Shown piece after piece: positions 25,869-36,261 of a DNA stretch of 64,000 nt. The notes under the pieces were generated by a model, which did no database searches, was not told the DNA's origin, and saw only the letters and a program-made list of their open reading frames with translations. Source of the DNA: Owenia fusiformis (taxonomy: Eukaryota); contig CAIIXF020000001.1 of the NCBI GenBank assembly GCA_903813345.2, positions 9,424,001-9,488,000 of the forward strand, given 5' to 3'. Every line of letters begins with the position of its first letter. Within the stretch, counting starts at the first letter, position 1. A program made the position numbers and the translations under genes.

Positions 25869-28655
25869 GGCAAAGATGCAGTTTATAATTTGATAGAATT
25901 AGCATATCACCTTGAAGGTTACATAATGAATGTTGACGTATATCCTAATTTGCTATGCTGTGTAGGTCTTAATACCACATTCTCCGAACTTTCAGATATA
26001 CTTTCAATTCAAAAAACCACCGAAATTCCTTTTTACATGAACTATGATTCGACTTATAATTTAGGCGACTTTTGGATTTCTCCCTTAACATTTCGACATA
26101 TTTTGTACAAAGGCAACAAAATTATACCTTTGGCCTATGTTATTCATGAAAAAAAAGATCAGAAATACCACGAGCGTTTTTTCTCAATTTTAAAAGATCA
26201 AATTCCTGCTCTTGGTAAACAAAAAAATATCCCAATAGTCATTGATAGAGAACGTGGTATAAAGAATGCCCTGGTGAATACAGGAATGTTCTCTGTGTTA
26301 CACTGCTGGAACCACATTATTAGCGATGTGAAACGCTGGCTGATAGGTCATGGTGCAACATCTGATGATATTACTGTATACATCTCCCAGGTTAGAAGTT
26401 TGCTGAAGGCTTGTAATTTAGAAGAATTTGAAGATCTGGAAGAAAAATTCTTTCCTCAATGGAGTCAAGCTATGATAGAATACTTTAGGGCTCATATTAG
26501 GTCAGACATTTTGAACCATTCTGTTCGTTGGGTGTTAGAGGGACATAACATGTACAATCCTTTCTCGGGTGTTACAAACAATAGTGCTGAATCTCATAAT
26601 GCAGTTTTGAAAAGACTACAAGAATGTAAACAAGCTCCCATTGATCAAATGGTTCTTGCGTTATATTTTCTACAAAATTCTTACCAGGCAGAGTGTCTCA
26701 GAGGTAGAGCGGGGATTGGAAATTACTTGCTTTTGCCTGAATTTTCGAATTGTTCAATTCCAATTGATGAATTAGTAATGCCAAATCATATATACAAATC
26801 TGAAGACATAATTGAAATGATTAAAAACAATAGGTGTTATGTTGAGGAAATAGGTTCAAATAGTCAGGAAGTTCAGTCTAATGAAAGTGAAGTCCAGCAG
26901 TTAAATAGTCCTAGCAATAGTGTAAATGATATTAACAATGAAAGTGTAGAGAAGCTCCAAACATCTCAGTTGACAAAATGTGATATTCCTGATAATCAAA
27001 TACAGGCAGAAATAAGCCAAATTCCTGTAGAGGAACTGTCAAATCAATGTCAATCACCAATGTCTCCCCATTCAGTTAATGATACTGTGTTAGGCTCAAA
27101 CGAACCAGTCAAGTTAGAAAGTAATGATATAATAAAGAGTCAAAACAATAGCAAACAATCAATGTCTCAAGTAGCTATGGCCAAAGCAGTTATCGATTCA
27201 AATGGTGTTAAACATATCCCGGAGATGGGTTGCTTTATTGTCCGTGGAATCAGAGAGGAAAAATATGCAGTTACTATTCATCCAAAAGAAAAGTGTCAGT
27301 GTCCTTCAACAAATACTTGTTACCATATAATTGCAGTGAAACTTTCCTTAGGTCAGACGTTAAATGATAATAAAAGAATTAAGAACTTAACAGTATTACG
27401 TAAAAATAGTAGAAAAAGGTCAGCAAAAAAAATAGGTGGAAAAAAGCCCAAACCCAGTGATTTTGATATAATTCCAGCCCCTGACTCATCTGTTGCTAAT
27501 ATTACTATGAATGAAAGTGATTTTAATGAACATATTTCCATTAATGATATTGCTACTTCAACCCCTAAATTAAAAACTAATCTTTGCAACTCAGAAATCA
27601 AATCAATATTAAAATCTCCTCGCATTCGTAAATCAAGCCAATCTAGAAAACGATTAAGATTTGAACAGTCCGAGCCAGTTGTGAATGATACAAACATTAA
27701 AAGAATGAAAACCCTTGTTGATAATTTAGTTGAAAATCATGATGAAATTTCAAATAGTTTAATCAATGAAATGGCCAGTCATGATAATTTAAGTAATAAA
27801 TCAGATGTTCAATTAAAATGTGAAAATAGTAAAGATAGTAATGAAATGGAAAAAAATGAAATTCAATCAGTCGACAAAGGTGCAGATAATATTAACTTTC
27901 TTAAAACTCAACATTCTGAACTTATTCTTAATCCAAAGGGATGGTTAGATGACCAGATAATTAATGCAGCTCAGTCAGTTCTAATGGGACAATTTGAAAA
28001 TATTTCAGGATTCCAATTAACAAACTATGCTCCCATTTATGTAGCAAATAAAAATATGTTCACTTGGTGTACTCCAATGATTTCAACTAATGGTCCTTCT
28101 GTGCAGATTCATCATAATGGCAATTCTCATTGGGTAACTTCAATTCAAGATTCTGATGGCAAAGTATATTTATTAGATAGCTTAAATAAAAAAGACATTA
28201 ACAGTAGCTTACAAATTCAATTAACTCAGATTTATAAACCAGATAGGGTAAACCATTTTGATGTTATTATTCCAGCTGTTCAAAAACAAAATAATGGTTA
28301 TGATTGTGGCCTCTTCTCTATTGCATTTATGACTGAGCTTTGCTTCAATGGGTTCAATGGGACAAGTAGAGTCGTATTTGAAGAAAAAGAAATGAGATCA
28401 CATTTGGTATCCTGTTTAACAGAGAAAAAAATTCTTCCCTTTCCAAAACAGACTAAGAAAAAATTAAAATTATCCAAAGTTGCCACATCAACATTCCAAG
28501 TAAGTTGTTTTTGTCCATGTGGCCAAGCTGATGTAGTACAAGATATGGTTGGCTGTGAGTTTGTGAGTAAAAAGCATGAATGTCAAACATGGTATCATAA
28601 AAAATGTTCTAAGCTTAAGAAAGTTTCAAAGAAGATGTATTGTCCTAATCATTAA
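25869..28655 (+). CDS. MULE polyprotein, C-terminal half: DDE transposase, SWIM finger, Ulp1/C48-type protease, PHD finger (same frame as the upstream ORF, after one TAA)
   Basis: YDSTYNLGDF (D1), VIDRERG (D2), HCWNH (CxxH), TNNSAESHN (E); SWIM CQCPSTNTCYH; Ulp1 WLDDQIIN, NSHW, LLDS, QNNGYDCGLF; PHD CPC...MVGCE...CQTWYHKKC...YCP. Confidence 0.88.
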   Translation, partial: GKDAVYNLIELAYHLEGYIMNVDVYPNLLCCVGLNTTFSELSDILSIQKTTEIPFYMNYDSTYNLGDFWISPLTFRHILYKGNKIIPLAYVIHEKKDQKYHERFFSILKDQIPALGKQKNIPIVIDRERGIKNALVNTGMFSVLHCWNHIISDVKRWLIGHGATSDDITVYISQVRSLLKACNLEEFEDLEEKFFPQWSQAMIEYFRAHIRSDILNHSVRWVLEGHNMYNPFSGVTNNSAESHNAVLKRLQECKQAPIDQMVLALYFLQNSYQAECLRGRAGIGNYLLLPEFSNCSIPIDELVMPNHIYKSEDIIEMIKNNRCYVEEIGSNSQEVQSNESEVQQLNSPSNSVNDINNESVEKLQTSQLTKCDIPDNQIQAEISQIPVEELSNQCQSPMSPHSVNDTVLGSNEPVKLESNDIIKSQNNSKQSMSQVAMAKAVIDSNGVKHIPEMGCFIVRGIREEKYAVTIHPKEKCQCPSTNTCYHIIAVKLSLGQTLNDNKRIKNLTVLRKNSRKRSAKKIGGKKPKPSDFDIIPAPDSSVANITMNESDFNEHISINDIATSTPKLKTNLCNSEIKSILKSPRIRKSSQSRKRLRFEQSEPVVNDTNIKRMKTLVDNLVENHDEISNSLINEMASHDNLSNKSDVQLKCENSKDSNEMEKNEIQSVDKGADNINFLKTQHSELILNPKGWLDDQIINAAQSVLMGQFENISGFQLTNYAPIYVANKNMFTWCTPMISTNGPSVQIHHNGNSHWVTSIQDSDGKVYLLDSLNKKDINSSLQIQLTQIYKPDRVNHFDVIIPAVQKQNNGYDCGLFSIAFMTELCFNGFNGTSRVVFEEKEMRSHLVSCLTEKKILPFPKQTKKKLKLSKVATSTFQVSCFCPCGQADVVQDMVGCEFVSKKHECQTWYHKKCSKLKKVSKKMYCPNH

Positions 28656-29681
28656 TTGATAGTAGGCATGCTCATATAAGTAGGTTGGCAGGTTACATAG
28701 ATGTATTTTAAAATTTTTGAATTTAGATTTTAGTATGTTTGGCAATGATGTATTATAATATGTAATCTATGTAGATCTCGGTGGATTTTAACATTGTGTA
28801 TATTTTTAAGTGTATTTTGCAATCCTGTATCTATAATGTATGTATTTATGTATAATGTACATGTACATGTATGTATATTTTGAATAAATCATGAAATGCT
28901 AATAATATGTTTTGTTTAATAATTTGTAATATGTTGGTTAACATGAACTTTTAATCAGTAACATTTTCAGTAGAGTTCAGCTGATGAGATCTGAATTGAT
29001 CGAAAGAAAAACTTGATGCATACTTTATCAACAAAAATAAGAAACTTATAAACAAGCAAGAATTTCATTTCAAATAGCCTATGATCTTAAATAGGCTACT
29101 TTATCAATGAAAGCATCATGTTTTTCTCCTGAACAAGACTGCATATTTGAAATGCATGAGGCAGTTTGATTCCATAATGGACCTTTAATTTACAAACTCA
29201 AGTGTATTATTAGAGAGACAAAACTCATATGAATTCATTATAATTTTCCAAAGAATAATCAAGCACAATGTATACAAAACTGAACTAAGAAATGTTAGAT
29301 GAAGCATATTATCTAGGTGGCAAATGACTGACTGATATAGGTGGTCTGTGTGTTATTCAAGCCACTCTGTATTCCTTTAGTTTTTTGCTTTTTTAACCTG
29401 GAAACTCATCATGCAGCAAAAAACCATGAAGCATGGTAGCACGGTGTGGGCGAATACAAAGCTGAACTAAGAAATAGATGAAGCATATTACCAAGGTGGC
29501 AAATGAAGGATTGGTATGGATGACCTTATGATTCATACAATAGGACTTCAGGTGTTCATGTGTTAGGTGGTGTTCATATACGTGAAAGGAGTCAATCTTC
29601 CTAGCCTATTATTTGCTCTTAGATCCTGGGCACCATCAGTCATATTAGCGAGAACTTCTGGAATGGGTGTGGTGAGGAATG

Positions 29682-29773
29682 GATATATCTTACTTCCTGC
29701 GAAAGCTATTTGGATTATATAATAGCATAAGTTTCAAAATCTAACATGGCTCTCGAAGTGAGTAAGATATATC
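29682..29773. repeat. Small palindromic element
   Basis: GATATATCTTACT ... AGTAAGATATATC inverted termini. Confidence 0.55.
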
Positions 29774-30377
29774 ATATTCAATGTAATAAATAAATAGTAT
29801 TGAAGCACATATCTATGTTACATAATAAAAGCAATCTTGGCACTATATCTAAGAAAATCTTGATAAAGGCTATGAACTCTGAATCACTATCAATAGATGG
29901 CAGCACTAATCAAGTAGGCTAAGTTGAAAATTTCCATGATAATTTGACTTGTTTTTGATAAGCTGTTTTTAGGTAATAAACTTGAAGATATGGGAATTAT
30001 TTTTGCTTTATATTTCAAAGTTAGATGTATTTTTAACATTTCAAATTATTAGATGTTATAAATTGGGATATTTTATGAGGAATTGATCCTTTTTTCCAAC
30101 GCCGACCAAGGGTCTAATCCAGGGTTTTGAAAAAAATTGAAGAAAATACGGTACGTTTGGTGACAGTTTTCTAAGACATCTGGATATATTTTCCTCAAAC
30201 CTTCAGATATTATTAAAGATAGAAATGTAATCTGTATGGAGAAGACAAAATTTATTCGAAAAAAGTACATTTTCAATATAAAAAACGCATTTGTTTTCGA
30301 TATAAACCAAGGGTTTAATCAGGGGTCAGAATCAGGGGTAAAACGAAAGGACCCTACAGTTTCCGGTTCTGAAAGAA

Positions 30378-33300
30378 ATGAAAAGTTTCAGATGTTTTCA
30401 AAGTAGAGTTATTATTACGGTTATTGCTGCTGTTGCTATTATAGATGCGATTGTATTTTTATATGTGGGTAAGTGTATGTAGCCTTAGAATACCATAGAG
30501 ATACAAGATATTTATTTTTTCCTGGTATTGATGTAGACTAGTATAGTCTGTTATGATGTACTACTTTCCTGTGGAAATTGCAGTGAAATATTTTGCACAA
30601 AATTATCAATTTGAGGAACCATTTCTTCAATAAAATAAACATAACAAAATTTCAATTAAATAGTAAGGTACAATTAAATGCAATAAAAAGTAACACAGCA
30701 TATTGCCAAGTGGAAATAAGGCTAGTTGAGGTAACAAATGTGCAATAATTAGTGCAGAGGGGTCATTCAACGATCATGGACCAGTGTCAAAATATATTTA
30801 AGTTTGGATATTTCATCAAGACTAACATCTATTTTTATTATCTACAAAGAAACCCCCTAGATAAACATTATTTTAGCTGATATTCCTCTTGAAACATGGT
30901 GGATCTTAAAAATATAAAAGTGGAAGTCCCCTTTTTGAAGCTTTGAACTGAATTTACACTTCTTAAAGTAACTTTCTATCATTTCATCTAAAAATTAAAA
31001 CCCTTGGAAATACTAAATATGGTTTGAGTGCCATATATAAAAATTTATTTTAGAAATATTGTGGATCAAAATGAAAAAAAAACAAAAATAAAGAATAAAA
31101 ACATATTCCACCCTTGGGATTTGAACCCAGATCTCTTGAAATAAAAGTCTGGTAGAGCCCAAAGCTATAACCACTACACCACAGTGCCAGAGCTTTCTGA
31201 AGGAAGAAATTCTTTATGTATAATTATGGACGAAAAAAGTCTTATTTACATGCTTAAATTTCTTAAAAATGATCAGCATTACTACTAATAATAACATTTT
31301 GCATGTCTGAGTAAGTATTTTGATGTACATTTAGGATAAATGTTGTTTTATTCAGTTTTCATTTTGGGTATGACTTCCTGTCAAAACAGTGTTAAAAATG
31401 CAGGGCTCAACAAAAATTTTCAATTAGAAAATGATATATATCCTTTGATCAGCTGTTTTTGGCACCTGAACTCATCCTACTAGAAAGGTAAGAGCATTTT
31501 CTTGAGACATATGGCTCGAAATCTCAAATTTCTCCTTCTAAGTCTTAGAAAGACACTTTAATGCTGAATTTGATAATTTATCCATACATTTTAAGAAAAT
31601 AGGTACGTCAAAGAAGATGTTAAACCAAATGTTGCCTTGATAGCTCAGAAAAAATGAAAAAACTTTCCTATTTTCTCTACAGTCCTTATTGCACAGTCAG
31701 AGAGAATGTTTCTGGCAAAATTCTGGGACTTCAAATACTTTTAAGTTGGGAAACCGGAAGTGCTTACCTTTTTTAATTCCCGAATCTCTCCGAAATTAGC
31801 TCATCTTGGTGACTGTAAATTGCACAGCTGTATTCAATGGAGTCTTGTCATATTCGATCAGCCTCAATTTTAAAGTGTATATTTTATTTTCAACGTGATT
31901 TCATCGTTTTTTGTCGACTGGTAAGAAAACGCCGGGCAAATGGCAAGATGGATGACTTTTGACCTGACCTTGACCGATGGTGATCACGTCATCAATATTA
32001 CCAAGATGGCGGTTTCAAAATTTCTAAAATCGCTTCAAATAATATTATGTTAATTCCTAGCGAGTAAAGATATCTCTTAGTTTGCTATTTCACAATAAGA
32101 TAACGAAATGTGTAAGGAATTCGTATTTATCAATTATTATTATCAGGTATTCGTAAACTGAAGATTTATCAAAATGAAGCTATTGATGCCCCCTTGTTTA
32201 TAAACAAGAAAATATGCAAATTAGCTAATTTTCTTGTTTATAAACAAGGGGGCGTCAATGGCTTCATTTTGATATATGTATCATTAGAATTGGACAGATA
32301 ACAGGCGTTCTATGATCTGAAAGGTGATCTCTGATTTATTGATTATATTTTAAATGGTTGCTATGGAAACGGGTGTTTTTGCAATTTTTGCCCCAAATTC
32401 AAACTTAGGTACAAGTGGATTTGAAATGCTGAAGTCCTTAGCTTTACAACGATACCTCATTTGTCCTTTTCCCCTTCGTGTATATTAATCACAATTTTCA
32501 GACCTCCATTCTACTAGCCTAATTGTCAAATGGAAATAAAGCTAGTTGAAGTAACAAATTGCAAATTAATTTTACCCAATCGACCATTTTGAATAGCACT
32601 TCCTATGTAAACAAATATCTATAATTACCAAACTTTAACATAGGTGCCTTATAGTCTGAATATAATTCAGACTAAACAGGATATAGTCTAGGGGTAGACT
32701 ACATGTACTTACCACTTCCAATAGTATGCGATCAGATAACTGGGGTTGTCACCTTACTTGAAGCTTGTAGAGTTTTATAGTTTCATACTGAACAGGTCAG
32801 AATGTAATCGCAATCAGGTCACCTAATTTCATTCATTAATATAATTACATAATATATTTTAGTGAACAAAAGTGATGCTTCAACACAGAAGCAAACCAAA
32901 ACAATAGAATATAGTGATAAGGACAATACTAAGGATGTTCTCCAACATGATGTGTTTGAGACAAAACGCTTTGTAGCAGAAGTGGCAGGACGTGGTAGTC
33001 TTGATGAAGAGGCAGATAGATTACTATCATACATCAGTACAAACCAGGTACGAATAACTGATATATTTAATACATTATGGCCAATCATAGAGACTTAAAG
33101 GTTAATTTCTAATGGTAGTGATGTTAAATTTTCCATCTGATGTGCGTTCAGCTGAACCAATAGGTGCCAGAATAAAGTGTTGAAATTATTTTTTATATTT
33201 AGTAAATGACTATACATTCACATACATGATTTTGTCATAGGGGTAGAATCAATGAATAAATAATGGATATTGTACATTTAAAACATATGTATGGGCAAAT

Positions 33301-34452
33301 TGTAAACACTATGAATGTAGAATAACATGTTTTTAATAGGTGAAATGTGAAAATCTGAAAAGGATGGGCCATGCTGGTGAAGGAGGCTGGGTGATTTGTG
33401 TTGATGCAGACCTAGGATTTAGTGGGCCACCCTGTACTGTGCTATCATTTGGTATTGGAGATGACTGGTCATTTGATAAAGATATGGCGAAGCAAGGATG
33501 TAAAGTACATGCATTTGATCCAAGGTTAGCTTATTTCCACCAAAATCTTTTATAAATATATGTCTAAGTAAAGGTTTTGCAGTAAACCATACTTGACAGT
33601 CACATTGCATGTTTAGATGACTCTGCGATGAAAAGCACAAAGTGCATCATTTGCAAAATAATACAAGCTCATATAAATCATACATCGAATCAATGAAACA
33701 GTTCAACATATTCTTTTTATTCATTGTCTCTCATTTTGTTTGTGTCCTTTCAAAAATAAGCTGATTATTAGATAAAATGTAAGTGTTCTCAAGAGTAAAA
33801 CATTTGCATTAACAATAAAACCAATTATTTTTAGCATAAATCAATTGACCCATAAGGAAGACAACAATCTGTACTTCTACAACTTAGGCCTGGCTGGGAA
33901 GAATTCATTTAAAACTGACACAAAGGACATCAATCATCCAACATGGCGCTTACTCACACTCTCAGGAATTATGCAGACTTTGAAAATAGAAAAGGTACAG
34001 TACCTCACATTGTATAATTTTTTAGTCTAGCCTATATTGATACCACTTTTCTGATTGTAATAAAGAAATACATAGACACGGATAAAAACTATGACACAAA
34101 TCTGCAATTTTATTTCCAGGAAAAAATTGCAGTTTTAAAAATAGACATTGAAGGTATGGAATGGGAATCTTTGCGCACTATGCTGAGCGAAGGGACTTTG
34201 CAATATGTGAAACAGCTAGTTTTAGAAATACACATTGGTGCAGGTGATTTAGACAGTGTAAATAATGAACTTTTAAGGGAACATTATTCAGACCTCAAAT
34301 GGTTGGAGTCTCAGGGATTTAACGTTTTTAATACAAGAAAAAACCCTGTCAGTCATAAGGTATATCTAGGAAGTAAGTATTTGACACATGCCTGTTGTTT
34401 TGAGTTAAGTTGGGTGAATACTAGATTCAATGACTGGTGGGGTATTACTTGA
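30378..34452 (+). CDS. METTL24: METTL24-like (Methyltransf_22) methyltransferase with N-terminal signal anchor; exons 30378-30468, 32863-33047, 33340-33524, 33835-33994, 34120-34452
   Basis: Phase-consistent GT-AG exons; hydrophobic VIITVIAAVAIIDAIVFLYV; motifs GEGGWVIC, CTVLSFGIGDDWSFD, CKVHAFDPS, LKIDIEGMEW, VKQLVLEIH, CCFELSWVN. May be a paralogue rather than the strict orthologue. Confidence 0.85.
31107..31188 (-). pseudogene. tRNA-derived sequence (pseudo-tRNA or SINE head)
   Basis: Minus strand carries an A box TGGTGTAGTGG and a B box GGTTCAAATCC; anticodon arm is not canonical. Confidence 0.55.
32167..32274. repeat. ~108-bp near-perfect hairpin
   Basis: TATCAAAATGAAGCTATTGATGCCCCCTTGTTTATAAACAAGAAAAT / ATTTTCTTGTTTATAAACAAGGGGGCGTCAATGGCTTCATTTTGATA. 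Confidence 0.85.
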
Positions 34453-36261
34453 ATGGACCACGAGTCATTTAATATTCCAGATATATGCAGAATTTAAGTG
34501 CCTTCGAGTGTCTCAGACACTGATCATGCTAGGAGATTTTAAAGCCTAGAGGTTGTGAGCTACCTGTTATTGCTTGTTTAACATTCCATAAAACAAATGA
34601 AAATGTTATAAATTAGCCTATAGCAACCCACAGAACTAAATTATTTACTGTGTTGAAATTAAAAATTCGATATCAGTATAGGCTACAAGATGATAAAGAC
34701 ACAAAAGTGTCATATAATGTTTCAGATGTAATTTGAGGCTCACCAATACTAAGAGTTGAAATTAAAAATTATAATGTTAGCTTTGCAGACACATTGAATA
34801 ATGATTTTAAAAATATCTAAAAGATAGATGTCACTTTTGTGTTCAAATACAATGTCCCAAAAAGATATGTGTGGTGAAATTATTTCAGATTCAAAGTGCT
34901 GATTTCTCTCAAATAATAAACTATAAAGAATTGAACACAATATTGTTAAAATCTACAATTTTCTTAGCAAAAACTAATTTATGAATCTTTATGAATCAGA
35001 ATAAGAGATAACATGCAGCATTTTCAAACAGCCCAAAATTGTTTCAATAATAGGATATTCTAAAATCTAAACAAGTCAAAAATCCATCTGTATCATGTAC
35101 ATGATATAGGAGCTCGTCAGAATTTTGAGCTCTACATAATATTTATGTTCTTCAAACGTTAAGCAATAGGATAATTTACCTGTGAACAAACAAAATATTT
35201 TAAATAAATTAAAAAAAAGTTATGTTGTATAGCTCATAGTGTGAATGTTTGATCCAATAGAATAACAATACAAAACAAACAATTTATAATTCATCTTTTT
35301 ATTCTCTTGGTGTAAAGTAGCATTTTTACAAAAGTAACAAGATGCATTTTACTGCATATATCAGAATATATTATAGAAAACTACAAAAACATACTATTCT
35401 ACATGTATGGTACATGTACTGTGTAATAAGCTACCTACATTCACAGTGATGTTTGTAATGTCTGTATTTACATATATATCATAATGTACAATTTAATATT
35501 AAGGTCCAGCCTTACACAAAGTTTAAATAGTTAACAAATACATACTAATTGAGTAACATAAATATTATATGATAATTATATAGTTCTGTAGATGGTACAA
35601 AAGTGTGTATACTGTACAAAAGTAAAAAACATTATAAAATAAATGTACAGTTGAACAATATTGCTAGTGTATGTTATTGTGACAAATGTCACTAAAGTAA
35701 TAATATCATATGATATATTGTACATTTTGTAGACTATTCGGCTTAGTGGATTGGAATTTGGCAATTTATATCTACATATGAGAGAATGTTTACATAAGAG
35801 TGCAAACAGTTTGTTCATACAAAACACATTTAAATGTATACATATACTTGTATAACAGGTATAAAGGATAACATTCTTGAATATATAGAATTACAGTAAA
35901 CCTACACTAAAACTGAATTGCATCCAACTTACAAAATAGTCATTTTGATGTCATGGTAGCCTAGATTAGAATTCTATCACTGAATCCTCTGCTCCAACCA
36001 ACTTGTGTAGAAACAGTATGAGTGAGGTACATACCATACTACTGGTTCAAAATATGATTTACAATATAGTGTTTCAGGAAAGTAGAGACCAGCTCCTCCT
36101 TTAACAGTTAAAGCCATCAAAATGTTAATTCAATGATGCAGCGTGAACCACATTTCCAATGTTCATTTAATGTAATAGTAATTTGGTTGTTTTACCCTTG
36201 CATTGTGCTTTCAAAGTTGGTCCTCTCTTGATTTCCCATATTTAATCGTGTTATGTTAATT

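Larger units (their letters stand above)
18663..30354 (+). mobile_element. 11.7-kb Mutator-like (MULE/MuDR) DNA transposon
   Basis: Imperfect ~55-bp TIRs (GGGACGTTTCGTTTTCCCCCTGATTGGACCC at 18663; reverse complement of right end GGGTCCTTTCGTTTTACCCCTGATTCTGACCC); TSD TACAGTTT at 18655-18662 and 30355-30362 (9 bp CTACAGTTT if the terminal C is counted); internal MULE transposase. Confidence 0.88.

Noticed and set aside
31107-31188. Functional tRNA gene
   Set aside because: Acceptor and anticodon stems do not pair properly; kept only as tRNA-derived.
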